DNA of 41,169 bases from a virus. Each line of letters begins with the position of its first letter. Position 1 is the stretch's first letter. Below, piece by piece: positions 1 through 8,552 of this stretch. The notes under the pieces are model-generated. The model ran no database searches. It worked only from the letters and a program-made list of their open reading frames with translations, and had not been told where the DNA came from. A program made the translations under genes and the position numbers. The stretch lies in IMG/VR virus record IMGVR_UViG_3300029535_000013, one strand, 5' to 3'.

Positions 1-107
1 CCAGCACGGCGGGTTCCAGCGGCAATTCCAGCACGGCGGGTTCCAGCGGCAATTACAGCACGGCGGGTTCCAGCGGCGATTACAGCACGGCGGCAGCCAC
101 TGGGGAT
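1..107 (+). repeat. 27-bp in-frame tandem repeat (about 4 copies, progressively diverged) encoding SSTAGSSGN-type nonapeptides
   Basis: Units at 1-26 (partial), 27-53, 54-80 and 81-107. Consensus is tccagcacggcgggttccagcggcaat. The same units recur at 41117-41169. Confidence 0.9.
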
Positions 108-326
108 TATTGCAGAGCAAAAGCAGATGGAAAAGACAATATCGCCGTCGCAAACGGCGCGCACAGTAAGGCACGGGGCATTCTGGGCTGCTATCTGGTG
201 CTGACTGAGTACGACGATGACGGCAATATGCTGTGGGCAAAGATGGCAAAAGTAGACGGCGCCCACATCAAAGAAAACGTCTGGTACACACTCAAAAATG
301 GTGAGTTCGCGGAAGCAGAGCCGTAA
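3..326 (+). CDS. C-terminal part of repeat-containing phage protein (continues from 40766-41169 across the junction)
   Basis: Open frame from nt 3, TAA at 324-326. Nonapeptide repeats are followed by ...LWAKMAKVDGAHIKENVWYTLKNGEFAEAEP. Confidence 0.7.
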   Translation, partial: STAGSSGNSSTAGSSGNYSTAGSSGDYSTAAATGDYCRAKADGKDNIAVANGAHSKARGILGCYLVLTEYDDDGNMLWAKMAKVDGAHIKENVWYTLKNGEFAEAEP

Positions 327-365
327 AAAGCACTGCAAAACCAATTTGAAAGAAAGGAGCATGCC

Positions 366-605
366 ATGCAAAAGCCGAGCCTTACGATAGGCGAATGCGT
401 CCAGATCCTTCGGGACAACAACATCTCAAAGACCGAAAAGGTCTTGGGAGCACAGATTCAGGCGGGGCTGTTTACCAGCTGGGCGATTCCTTCCGTAGGA
501 ACAAAAGAACCTTGCCCTGACATCTCACGCGCCGGTTTTATGGCGTGGGTGAAGGACTTTTACAAGCTCGAAAAGGTTTATACAAAGGAGGAACCGAGAG
601 AATGA
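366..605 (+). CDS. hypothetical protein
   Basis: 79-aa ORF with AAAGGAG 6 nt upstream of the ATG. No family recognised. Confidence 0.6.
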   Translation: MQKPSLTIGECVQILRDNNISKTEKVLGAQIQAGLFTSWAIPSVGTKEPCPDISRAGFMAWVKDFYKLEKVYTKEEPRE

Positions 606-922
606 GAAAGAAACCGATGAATTTTCGGCTCATCTTAGCGCTGGACGGGCTGGCTTTGCTGGCAATCATCGGCGCGGTGCAGGTGGTGCGCTGGGCCTGC
701 TCCTGGCTGGCCGTTGCGCTGGCTTACTGGGGCGGCTGGGACACCGCCGAGGCTGCACATGCCGCGCCTTGGATTATTGTTGCATCCACTGCCGGGCTGA
801 CAATGTCGCTTTATGAGATGCATGAGGACAACAAACGGTATGAGCGCAGCGGCTACGGCAAAATTGTCCGCAACCATGCCTGGAACCCGGAGTATCCGCA
901 GGATGAGGAGAAGGGCGCATGA
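602..922 (+). CDS. hypothetical membrane protein
   Basis: ATGA start/stop overlap and AAGGAGGA RBS. Two hydrophobic segments (LILALDGLALLAIIGAV, PWIIVASTAGLTM). Confidence 0.6.
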   Translation: MRKKPMNFRLILALDGLALLAIIGAVQVVRWACSWLAVALAYWGGWDTAEAAHAAPWIIVASTAGLTMSLYEMHEDNKRYERSGYGKIVRNHAWNPEYPQDEEKGA

Positions 923-1113
923 AGCTGGAAGAGTTGATTCGGCAGCAGGCCGAAGAGTGCCTGAAAACAGCCACGCGGCTTGCAACGGAGTCCGCGCTCA
1001 CGGGAGACATCTGGCTGCGGGTCATCTGCCGGGAAAAATCAGAGGTCTATAGCGCGGCGGCAGATGGGCTGCTCACAGCCCTCCACGATGCGGAGGACGT
1101 CGCACATGGCTGA
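919..1113 (+). CDS. hypothetical protein
   Basis: 64-aa ORF, ATGA overlap with the upstream gene, GAGGAGAAGGG RBS. Confidence 0.55.
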   Translation: MKLEELIRQQAEECLKTATRLATESALTGDIWLRVICREKSEVYSAAADGLLTALHDAEDVAHG

Positions 1114-1396
1114 TTACATCCACTATATCACATGGTACACCGTGTACAGCGCCAAGACCGGTGAGGTAGTGGCAGCTGGAACGTCCTCCATGTGCGCTGC
1201 GAAGCTTGGATACAAGACCGCCAACAGCTTTGCGTCTTCCGTTGGACACCGACGCCATGAAAAAAGGCGTCCGTACAAGTACATTTTTGAGCAGGAGCGC
1301 ATTGATCGTGCGGAGGTTGACTGTCTCCCTCCGCTTCGCCGTTACTGCAAAAAGAAAGGCCGGCATACGAAAAGGGAACAGGAATATGAACGGTAG
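1106..1396 (+). CDS. hypothetical basic protein
   Basis: Internal ATG at 1106 overlaps the upstream stop (ATGGCTGA). 96 aa with a K/R-rich C-terminus. Confidence 0.5.
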   Translation: MADYIHYITWYTVYSAKTGEVVAAGTSSMCAAKLGYKTANSFASSVGHRRHEKRRPYKYIFEQERIDRAEVDCLPPLRRYCKKKGRHTKREQEYER

Positions 1397-1646
1397 ATAT
1401 ATGCGAGCCGCAGAGATTCGCTGGCATAATCGTCAGCCGGAGCGGCTGTGGCACATCCACCAGAAGAAGGAGAAGAAAAAGGTGAGCACGGTGCAGATCT
1501 TTGACGCGGATTTGCGTTTTGTCAACGAAATCCCCATGCCGAACACGCTGGCGGGCATCCAGTACGCCGACCAGCTGGCAGCAGAAAAGCCGGGCCGTCT
1601 GTACGTCGTTATGGACGAGCACCGGCAGAAGGTTTACCAGAGGTGA
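1386..1646 (+). CDS. hypothetical protein
   Basis: ATG at 1386 overlaps the end of the upstream gene. 86 aa. Confidence 0.5.
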   Translation: MNGRYMRAAEIRWHNRQPERLWHIHQKKEKKKVSTVQIFDADLRFVNEIPMPNTLAGIQYADQLAAEKPGRLYVVMDEHRQKVYQR

Positions 1647-1651
1647 CGTAC

Positions 1652-2098
1652 ATGACTTTAGAGCAAAAGGAACGCCGCAAAGCGGTTCTGCGGTATGCAG
1701 TCAGCGTCCCTGAATGGAATCTTGCGCTCAAGCATCGGGCAGCAACAGAGCTTACGAAATGCGCAAGCCTCTTGATGAGCGTAAGCCAGATGATGCTTGC
1801 GACCGACGCGGAAGACCGTTTTTATCCGGACAGATTAGATTATGGGATGTCTCCGACGGGATATGCAAAAGCCATTTCGGATGCAGAGTACAGCCTCGGC
1901 GCAGCCGCTTCGGCGCTGGAAACCGTAGTTGCTTTGGCAGATGAGTCAAACGCCTTCCCGCTTATCAGCTCCACCCAGACCGGCGGGTTAGATGACGCGA
2001 TGGGCAACATTGAGGCGGCCTACAATTCTGGTCTTGGGTGGCTGGCAGATCTGTGCCGGGTACACGGGATGGATGAGGTGACATACAATCATGGATAA
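1652..2098 (+). CDS. hypothetical protein
   Basis: ATG at 1652 lies 9 nt after AGAGG. GTG at 1643 is an alternative start. Confidence 0.55.
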   Translation: MTLEQKERRKAVLRYAVSVPEWNLALKHRAATELTKCASLLMSVSQMMLATDAEDRFYPDRLDYGMSPTGYAKAISDAEYSLGAAASALETVVALADESNAFPLISSTQTGGLDDAMGNIEAAYNSGLGWLADLCRVHGMDEVTYNHG

Positions 2099-2717
2099 AA
2101 TGACCATTTACGAGCAGTGCCGGGAAGTCCCCAAAGACGCCCAGAGGCCTATCGCAGCGGGCCGTCTGAAGGGCAAGACCGACATTAACCCCATGTGGCG
2201 CATCAAGAAGCTGACTGAGCTTTTTGGGTCGGCTGGTATGGGCTGGAAGTTCGACCCGCCGGTGTTCGAGGAAAAGACCGGAGCAAAGGGCGAAGTTGTC
2301 GTGCAGTGCTTTACGAATCTGTACGTCAGGCAGGATGATGGGGAAGCGTGGAGCGCCCCCATCCCCGGAGTGGGCGGCTCTATGCTGATTGTGCTGGAGT
2401 CAACGGGGCTCCGAACGGATGATGACGCTTACAAAAAAGCGTACACGGATGCCCAGAGCGTGGCCTGCAAGGCGCTTGGAATCGGCGCGAATGTGTACTG
2501 GAAAGATGAATCCACCAAGTACACCCCGCCTCCGGCCACTCCCGCCCCGGTGTGCGCCTGCTGCGGAAAGAAAATCATCGGCATCAAAACCAAGGACGGG
2601 AAAAAGATGACTGCTGAGCAGGCGGCAGAACGAAGCAAGGCAAAATATGGGCGTATACTCTGCGTAGAATGCGCAAAGAAACAGCCGAAAGAAGATGGAG
2701 GAATGTCTCATGCTTAA
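2091..2717 (+). CDS. Rad52/Sak-like single-strand annealing protein with C-terminal CxxC...CxxC zinc ribbon
   Basis: The motif INPMWRIKKLTELFGSAGMGWKF resembles the Rad52_22 family. It sits immediately upstream of ssb. C-terminus reads CACCGKK...CVECAKK. Confidence 0.7.
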   Translation: MDKMTIYEQCREVPKDAQRPIAAGRLKGKTDINPMWRIKKLTELFGSAGMGWKFDPPVFEEKTGAKGEVVVQCFTNLYVRQDDGEAWSAPIPGVGGSMLIVLESTGLRTDDDAYKKAYTDAQSVACKALGIGANVYWKDESTKYTPPPATPAPVCACCGKKIIGIKTKDGKKMTAEQAAERSKAKYGRILCVECAKKQPKEDGGMSHA

Positions 2718-3198
2718 CCTCGTAGCATTGATGGGCCGTCTGGTCTACGACCCGGAGCTCAAGACCACCCAGAACGGCACCAACGTGTGCAGATTCCGCA
2801 TCGCGGTTGACCGCAGCTTTACCCGGCAGGGCGAAGAGCGCAAGGCCGATTTTATCGACGTCACCGCGTGGCGGCAGACCGCCGAGTTCGTCTCCAAGTA
2901 TTTCCATAAGGGCAGCATGATCGCCATCGAAGGCAGCTTGCAGACCCGTCAGTACCAGGACAAGAACGGCAACAACCGCACGGCTACCGAGGTTCTTGCG
3001 TCGCAGGTGAGCTTTTGCGGCGGAAAGGCCGCAGAGAAGCCCGCTGTGCGCGATTTCGACCAGCAGACGAAAAATCGTCTGCGCGAAGCAAACACCGCTC
3101 ACAGCGCCCCGCAGAAGTCTCAGAACGTACCGGAGTATTCGCAGGGCAGCGCAGACGATTTTTCGGTCATCGACGACAGCGAAGACCTCCCGTTCTAA
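2710..3198 (+). CDS. ssb: single-stranded DNA-binding protein
   Basis: OB-fold N-terminus MLNLVALMGRLVYDPELKTTQNG...FIDVTAWRQTAE and acidic tail DDSEDLPF. GGAGG lies 9 nt upstream. Confidence 0.9.
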   Translation: MLNLVALMGRLVYDPELKTTQNGTNVCRFRIAVDRSFTRQGEERKADFIDVTAWRQTAEFVSKYFHKGSMIAIEGSLQTRQYQDKNGNNRTATEVLASQVSFCGGKAAEKPAVRDFDQQTKNRLREANTAHSAPQKSQNVPEYSQGSADDFSVIDDSEDLPF

Positions 3199-3248
3199 GC
3201 CGAGAGCTGTGCTATCTGGCTATACGGGCGTGTAAAGGAGGTGATTGA

Positions 3249-4007
3249 GTGGCGCAGGACGATAAAAAGTCATTTGTGGCGTATCTGAGCTGGTTCGACG
3301 CGCTGGAAGAATACTCCGACGCAGAGGTTGGGCAGTTGATGCGAGCTCTTGCACGGTATGCCAAAACCGGAGAAGAGCCCGAATTTTCAGACCGTGGGAT
3401 GCGGGGCAACTGGAAATTTATGTGCAGCGACGTAAAACGGGCGTCTGAAAAATGGGATGAAACCCGCAAGAAACGCAGCAACGCCGGAAAACGCGGTATG
3501 GCAAAGCGCTGGGGAAAGCCTGACGACATAACAAAAATAACAAACGATAACAATGTTAATGACGACATAACAAAAATAACTGTAGATGTAGATGTAGATG
3601 TAGATGGGGATGTAGATGTAGATGGGGATGTAGATGTAGATGGGGATGTAGATGTTGTAAAGCGCGATAACACCGCCGCCGTTGATATGGAGTTATCAAA
3701 AATCGTTCAGCATTACCAGCGGGCTATCGGAGACTTCCCGCGTTCGGCACTGGAAAAACTGCAAAAATGGCGGCAGGAGTACAGCACGGAGATGATTTTG
3801 CTGGCGATCGACAAGGCCGCAGAGGCGGGGAAACGCTCGTGGAACTACATCAACGGCATCCTGTCTGGCTGGCAGCGGGATGGGATACGCACCCCGGGGG
3901 ACGTGGCAGCGAATGAGCAGAGCCGACAAGAGCAGCCTCGCGGGAAACAAGCCATAGAAAGCACCGTAGAAGCATACGCAAATATTTTCAAGGGGGTGAA
4001 ACCGTGA
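3249..4007 (+). CDS. phage replisome organiser / DnaD-domain replication protein
   Basis: GTG start 7 nt after AAGGAGG. The C-terminal part SKIVQHYQRAIG...ILLAIDKAAEAGKRSWNYINGILSGWQRDG is DnaD-like. The central VDVDVDGD repeats are encoded by DNA tandem repeats. Confidence 0.75.
   Translation: MAQDDKKSFVAYLSWFDALEEYSDAEVGQLMRALARYAKTGEEPEFSDRGMRGNWKFMCSDVKRASEKWDETRKKRSNAGKRGMAKRWGKPDDITKITNDNNVNDDITKITVDVDVDVDGDVDVDGDVDVDGDVDVVKRDNTAAVDMELSKIVQHYQRAIGDFPRSALEKLQKWRQEYSTEMILLAIDKAAEAGKRSWNYINGILSGWQRDGIRTPGDVAANEQSRQEQPRGKQAIESTVEAYANIFKGVKP
3522..3658. repeat. Iteron-like direct repeats inside the replisome organiser gene (candidate origin)
   Basis: A 20-bp perfect direct repeat gacgacataacaaaaataac occurs at 3522-3541 and 3561-3580. 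An 18-bp unit gatgtagatgtagatggg occurs 3 times (3591-3644) within a gatgta hexamer array at 3585-3656. The region is locally AT-rich. Confidence 0.85.
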
Positions 4008-4342
4008 CAGTGGAGATGATGACAAAGCTCCTTGCGGACGCTGAGGCATATTTTGGACGGCCTCAGACCGCAGAGAACCGCGCAAGTATCGCGGAGATCT
4101 GGGCGAACTCATCGCTCAAGGATGTGCCGGATGAGATGGCCTATAAGACATTCCACGAGGTGATTTCGGAGTGCAGCTGGCAGAGCCAGCTTCTCCCGGC
4201 GTGGAAAAAGGCCGTCGAAAAGGCCCAGGGTGAGCAGATGCTGGCGAAGCACTGCCTTGCTGCCCGCACCCGGATGCTCAAGTCCAGGAAAGAAAGAAAG
4301 CTTCTTGGGCAGGCAAACCAGAACGGAGGACGAAATGCCTAG
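4004..4342 (+). CDS. hypothetical protein
   Basis: 112-aa ORF whose GTG start overlaps the upstream stop. Confidence 0.5.
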   Translation: MTVEMMTKLLADAEAYFGRPQTAENRASIAEIWANSSLKDVPDEMAYKTFHEVISECSWQSQLLPAWKKAVEKAQGEQMLAKHCLAARTRMLKSRKERKLLGQANQNGGRNA

Positions 4343-4517
4343 ATACAAAGTCATCGTAGAGTGCAGCGGCCCGCACGGGAACGCCGCGCTTACATACCGC
4401 ATCAACGCCGCGAGTCAGTTTGCGGCAGAGTTCCGGGCCTGTCAGCTGGCGGGCGACCATTACCCCGAGTATCGGGACATCAAGCCGGTGAGGACGGAGG
4501 TGCTGGAAAATGGATGA
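4335..4517 (+). CDS. hypothetical protein
   Basis: ATG at 4335 lies 5 nt after GGAGGA. 60 aa. Confidence 0.5.
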   Translation: MPRYKVIVECSGPHGNAALTYRINAASQFAAEFRACQLAGDHYPEYRDIKPVRTEVLENG

Positions 4518-4866
4518 AGTGAGGTTGATTAACGCAACCACTATTGAAAAAGAAATGCGAGAATACTCCCGGTATATTGGACACGAAACCACAAACGAGC
4601 GCGAAAGCACCGCTGAATGTTGCGCAGATATGGTGAACGAGGCGCCCACCATTGACCCGAAGACACTGCGGCCTGTGGCACACTGGGAAGAAATTCCTGG
4701 CTCCTGTGTGAGCAGCGCTGGTAAGAGTGGCTCGTGGTGCGTACCTGCAACACGCTGTACGAACCCGGAATGCGGAGAGGTTAATCCGTGTGGCCTCAAA
4801 ACGCCGTTTTGTCCGATGTGCGGATCAAGAATGGAGGATGTGCCGTATGACGATGACGCCGTGTAA
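4510..4866 (+). CDS. hypothetical zinc-ribbon protein
   Basis: GGAGGTG lies 6 nt upstream. C-terminus reads CTNPECGEVNPCGLKTPFCPMCG. Confidence 0.55.
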   Translation: MDEVRLINATTIEKEMREYSRYIGHETTNERESTAECCADMVNEAPTIDPKTLRPVAHWEEIPGSCVSSAGKSGSWCVPATRCTNPECGEVNPCGLKTPFCPMCGSRMEDVPYDDDAV

Positions 4867-5065
4867 AGACTGCCCCACTCGTCACCCGGTGTGCCACGAC
4901 ACATGCCCCAAGTACGCCGAGTTCAAGCGCCAGCACGCCGCAGACCTCGCTTATACTAAGCAGATGACAGACCGTGGCGTTGTATACCGCTACGATTACG
5001 AGGACCGTCACCGGGAGCGGGGCCGCAAAAAGTACATGGGAGCGAACGGAGGTGCGGACAGGTGA
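4847..5065 (+). CDS. hypothetical Cys-rich protein
   Basis: ATG at 4847 lies 9 nt after GGAGG. Contains CKDCPTRHPVCHDTCPKY. Confidence 0.5.
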   Translation: MTMTPCKDCPTRHPVCHDTCPKYAEFKRQHAADLAYTKQMTDRGVVYRYDYEDRHRERGRKKYMGANGGADR

Positions 5066-5811
5066 AACCGAAAACAAAGTCTGAGCTGATGGCAGAATGG
5101 GCCAGTCAGCAGGACCAGCTCAAAAAAGAGCGCGAGGTCAAGGCCGTTCGGAAAGCAATGGACGATGCTTGCGCCGTGATACAGAACGGTCTGACCCGGT
5201 ACGTCAAGAAAAAGACCAAAGCCCGCAGCATGGCAAAGGCTGAAGCTGACCCCTTTGCTGAACTGGAAGGCTGGGAAAGCATGGAGCAGATCCAGAATGC
5301 CTACGGCTACGGCAAGATCACCGCCGACAGGCGGGACAAACTCACCGACCTGTGGGAAGCCCGGGAAGTTGCCAGGAGCAGCCGCAAGGGCGCGGACAAG
5401 TACCACGACCTTGCGACGGAGATGCTGGAAACGGCCATCCGCCGGGTGGGAAATGAGTACGCGGACGAGATTGCCGCGTATGAGGAGGAACGCCGGATGC
5501 GCCGCAGCTATTACGAGAAGGTGGAGAACAGGGCGAACGGCCTCCAGGAAGAAGAACCAGAAGAAGAACCAGACCCTTTGAGCCAAGCAAGAGCCGCCAT
5601 TGCAACGGCTATGCAGGCCGCCAAGGTTTCGGAAGTAACCGGTGTACCGTTGCCGAAACCTCTTACATGGAAACGCGGATTCTATGATATTACCAGAACG
5701 TTTCCGTCCGGCTGGTATGAGTGCCCTGTGTGCGGATGCAGGGTGGACTGGGAACCGGAGCAATGCCCCAAATGCTACACGCGGCTGGAACTGGAAGAAA
5801 CGGATGGGTGA
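5062..5811 (+). CDS. hypothetical coiled-coil protein with C-terminal zinc ribbon
   Basis: GTG lies 7 nt after GGAGGTG. C-terminus reads CPVCGCRVDWEPEQCPKC. The antisense ORF 5008-5952 is judged spurious. Confidence 0.6.
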   Translation: MKPKTKSELMAEWASQQDQLKKEREVKAVRKAMDDACAVIQNGLTRYVKKKTKARSMAKAEADPFAELEGWESMEQIQNAYGYGKITADRRDKLTDLWEAREVARSSRKGADKYHDLATEMLETAIRRVGNEYADEIAAYEEERRMRRSYYEKVENRANGLQEEEPEEEPDPLSQARAAIATAMQAAKVSEVTGVPLPKPLTWKRGFYDITRTFPSGWYECPVCGCRVDWEPEQCPKCYTRLELEETDG

Positions 5812-5814
5812 ACC

Positions 5815-6189
5815 GTGAGAAAAAGAAACTATCCGCCATTTGAAACCTGGGCAATCGACCTCCACGAGCGCTTCCCGCTCTGGCCGTACAATAAACCGAA
5901 ACCTGGCCATGAGGGCTTCCGGCTTCTGGATGGACCCGCGCCCGACTTCCACCGCATGACCGTGGAAGAATTTGAAGCCCTACCCCCTCATATATGGATG
6001 GACGTCAAAAAGACCCTGCCACCCCTGGAACACCCGGTTTTAACCGTGGACGCCTACGGCAACTACCACACCAACACAGAATACATTGACAACCCAGAGA
6101 TCCCGTTCTGCATCGCCTACAACAACGGCCGTTTCTGGCCGCCGATTGCGTGGAGCAAATTCGACCGGTTGAAATGGAGCGGTGATTGA
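5815..6189 (+). CDS. hypothetical protein
   Basis: 124-aa ORF with a GTG start, tightly packed in the operon. Confidence 0.5.
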   Translation: MRKRNYPPFETWAIDLHERFPLWPYNKPKPGHEGFRLLDGPAPDFHRMTVEEFEALPPHIWMDVKKTLPPLEHPVLTVDAYGNYHTNTEYIDNPEIPFCIAYNNGRFWPPIAWSKFDRLKWSGD

Positions 6190-6192
6190 TGA

Positions 6193-6558
6193 ATGAGTGA
6201 TGAAAAGGCAGAACGCCAGCCGTTCGTCTGGGGGTGCATAGGCGGAATAAGGGACTACAATTCAAAAGAACTTCCGTTTTTCGAATGGATCGCACACCAG
6301 ACTACAACAGAAAAGTTCATTGTACCGAAGGAGGACCCACGCATGGACATGGGCAGAAACAGCGAACATTACAGCGACCCCACACCCGGCACGGCCTGGG
6401 AGAATATGCGCAGGGAGGAAAAGCGGCTGGATACCGCCCGCCTTGTTATGGTTTCGGCCCTGGTGCCGATTCTGCGCCAGACGGCAGAGCTTGCGGGCTT
6501 TGAGATTATCGGCCGCATACCGCTGCGCGACAAGGCGACCGGAAAGGAGTACAGATAA
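6193..6558 (+). CDS. hypothetical protein
   Basis: 121-aa ORF. No family asserted. Confidence 0.5.
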   Translation: MSDEKAERQPFVWGCIGGIRDYNSKELPFFEWIAHQTTTEKFIVPKEDPRMDMGRNSEHYSDPTPGTAWENMRREEKRLDTARLVMVSALVPILRQTAELAGFEIIGRIPLRDKATGKEYR

Positions 6559-6560
6559 AA

Positions 6561-6692
6561 ATGGAAGGCTTTGATTTTTTCGGCTTGGCAGCCAAAGAAA
6601 GCCGCGAGCCTGAAACCCGGGAGCTGCCGCGCCGGATTCTTTTCCGCGGGAAGCTGAAAAGCGGTGCGAGCAGCTGGCAATGGAAGGGATGA
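6561..6692 (+). CDS. possible small ORF (43 aa)
   Basis: ATG lies 10 nt after AAAGGAG and fills the gap before the ASCH gene. Below the ORF-track size cut-off. Confidence 0.3.
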   Translation: MEGFDFFGLAAKESREPETRELPRRILFRGKLKSGASSWQWKG

Positions 6693-6699
6693 TGAAAAA

Positions 6700-7257
6700 A
6701 TGAAGACTGTTCTGATAAGCATCAAGCCTAACTGGTGCAAGCTGATTTGGAGTGGGATGAAAACCGTGGAGGTGCGCAAGACCCGCCCGAAGTTGGAAAC
6801 GCCGTTCAAGGTGTACATCTACTGCACCGGTGCTGAGACATGGTGGCAGAGATTTCCGAAGACCGGGTTACAGAAGATGGAAGAGTGTATCATCGGTACA
6901 TTTGTCTGCGATAAAATCGACAAGCTCATCCACGTCGGAACGATGATGGACATAAACATTTTGACATTGGACGGGTGGTATAAACCGGCAGATGCACTGC
7001 TTCAAGCCGCCTGTTTGACCGAAGCGCAAGCTGAAAAGTATCTCAAGGGTGGTGACGGATACGGCTGGCACATTTCTGACCTGAAAATTTGGGACGAGCC
7101 TGTAAGGCTTAAAAATTTCTGGGGCATGAAGCCTTGCAGGCATGGTGGAGACTGTTGCACTTGCTTGCAATGGGACAACATGAAGGAAAAGTGCTGTGTA
7201 TCCCGATACATTTCACGCCCTCCGCAAAGCTGGTGTTACATGGAGGACGTTGAATGA
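6700..7257 (+). CDS. ASCH (PUA-like) domain protein
   Basis: The N-terminus MKTVLISIKPNWCKLIWSGMKTVEVRKTRP matches the ASCH pattern. The internal ATG at 6700 was chosen as the start. Confidence 0.65.
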   Translation: MKTVLISIKPNWCKLIWSGMKTVEVRKTRPKLETPFKVYIYCTGAETWWQRFPKTGLQKMEECIIGTFVCDKIDKLIHVGTMMDINILTLDGWYKPADALLQAACLTEAQAEKYLKGGDGYGWHISDLKIWDEPVRLKNFWGMKPCRHGGDCCTCLQWDNMKEKCCVSRYISRPPQSWCYMEDVE

Positions 7258-7634
7258 AGCTGACCCTCTACGGCGACCCACGCACCAAGAAAAATTCCGC
7301 ACGCATTCTCCGCACACGCTCCGGGACCCCATTCGTGGCCCCCAGCAAGGTTTATGTGGATTATGAGACGGACTGCCTGCGGCAAATCAAAAGGCCGCGC
7401 AGCCCTATCTCTGCCCGCGTAAACGTGAGGTGCGTGTACTACATGAAGACCGCCCGTCGGGTCGATCTGGCAAACCTCATCGAGGCGACCGCGGACATTC
7501 TGGTAAAAGCCCGCGTTCTGGAGGACGACAATAGCAAGATCGTTGCCGCCCACGATGGCAGCAGGGTGGAGCTTGACCGGAAGAACCCAAGAGTGGAAAT
7601 CGAGATTGAAGGAATGGAGGATGAAAATGGTTAA
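7254..7634 (+). CDS. rusA: RusA-family Holliday junction resolvase
   Basis: The motifs DLANLIEATADILVKARVLEDDNSKIV and LYGDPRTKKN are RusA-like. ATGA overlap with the upstream gene. Confidence 0.75.
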   Translation: MKLTLYGDPRTKKNSARILRTRSGTPFVAPSKVYVDYETDCLRQIKRPRSPISARVNVRCVYYMKTARRVDLANLIEATADILVKARVLEDDNSKIVAAHDGSRVELDRKNPRVEIEIEGMEDENG

Positions 7635-7881
7635 CAAAGTCACAGGAGAATATCTCCCATGCCCGTTTTGCGGTTCGTACAACATTGTAATATTCGACAC
7701 ATTTGAACGTGCAGATGTTTGCTGCGTGTGCGAATGCCAAAAATGCCACGCCAAAAGTGGCGGAAAAGCAACCATGAAAAGGGCACTTGATATGTGGAAC
7801 ACTCGTACCACAAAAATTGCAAAGCCCAAACAGATAGGATACGAAAAGGAGGACGAAAATGACCCAAACGTGGACGCTTGA
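7627..7881 (+). CDS. Lar-like restriction alleviation protein (zinc ribbon)
   Basis: CPFCGSYN...CECQKCHAKSGG...ALDMWNTR resembles the Lar family. ATG at 7627 lies 6 nt after GGAGG. Confidence 0.6.
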   Translation: MVNKVTGEYLPCPFCGSYNIVIFDTFERADVCCVCECQKCHAKSGGKATMKRALDMWNTRTTKIAKPKQIGYEKEDENDPNVDA

Positions 7882-8380
7882 AACTGACACACCAAAGCCT
7901 GACATTGGCGTGGATTACCGCACCGTCAAGGCGTGGTTTCAACAGTGCCGCGACCTTGCGGCAGCTATAGAAACCCAGAAGCAAAAAATACAGCGCATCC
8001 GGGACGTGGCCGAAAAATGCACCCAGAGCCTGAGCGTGATGCCTGCGGGTGGTGGCAATGGGGACAAGGTGGGCTTTGCTGTAGAGCAGCTGGACACCGA
8101 ACGCAGACAGCTTCAGAGGATGGAGACGGACCTGTGCAATTTGCGTGTCGAGGCTACCCGGCGGGCATACTGCCTGATAGCCGAGCCGGAATGCGCCGAA
8201 GCGATTTGCGAGCACTATGTCATGGGCAAGTCTCACAAGGAAATCGCAAAAGAAGTCGGCGTGTGCGGGGCAGATGTGATCTACCGGCGAATCAAACGCG
8301 GATGTATGGCCTTGGCCGAGATATGGGACGAGTTTTCTGACGTGCAAAGTGTACAACATGCACAAGAAAACACAGCGTGA
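7859..8380 (+). CDS. DUF1492 / sigma-70 region-4-like phage transcriptional regulator
   Basis: Contains MPAGGGNGDKV and a C-terminal HTH, YVMGKSHKEIAKEVGVCGADVIYRRIKRG. It is the last gene before the late region. Confidence 0.65.
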   Translation: MTQTWTLETDTPKPDIGVDYRTVKAWFQQCRDLAAAIETQKQKIQRIRDVAEKCTQSLSVMPAGGGNGDKVGFAVEQLDTERRQLQRMETDLCNLRVEATRRAYCLIAEPECAEAICEHYVMGKSHKEIAKEVGVCGADVIYRRIKRGCMALAEIWDEFSDVQSVQHAQENTA

Positions 8381-8400
8381 TTTTGGAAGGGGTCAGCTCT

Positions 8401-8429
8401 TTTCAAGTCTGCAAGCTTGGATGTAAAAT
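8401..8429 (+). promoter_or_regulatory. candidate extended -10 promoter for the RNA region
   Basis: TTTCAA (8401-8406), 17-nt spacer, TG-TAAAAT (8422-8429). Confidence 0.3.
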
Positions 8430-8552
8430 TCTAATAAGCGGTTCAGCGCTAAGCGGTAGCCGCTTGCCACGCAGCCTCCAGAACGGTCCCTTCCTTGTGA
8501 CAGGTTTTCATGCTTTCCTGTTCTCCTTCACCGTTTTGCGGGCTGCTTCTAT

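Noticed and set aside
1-52. End duplication considered as a genuine direct terminal repeat of the virion DNA
   Set aside because: It is only 52 nt, lies inside a coding tandem repeat, and closes an ORF in frame. This is more consistent with a circular-assembly overlap. The true termini (cos or pac) cannot be read from the sequence.
3581-3658. Tandem gatgta / 18-bp repeats considered as a CRISPR-like array
   Set aside because: The repeat period is 6 or 18 bp with no spacers, and the repeats are in frame within a coding gene. No cas genes are present. They are interpreted as iterons or a linker instead.
5008-5952. 314-aa minus-strand ORF
   Set aside because: It is antisense to three translationally coupled plus-strand genes and has no RBS or promoter.
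7236-8365. Minus-strand ORFs 7236-7895 (219 aa) and 7640-8365 (241 aa)
   Set aside because: They are antisense to the RusA, Lar-like and DUF1492-like genes, which have recognisable motifs and RBSs.
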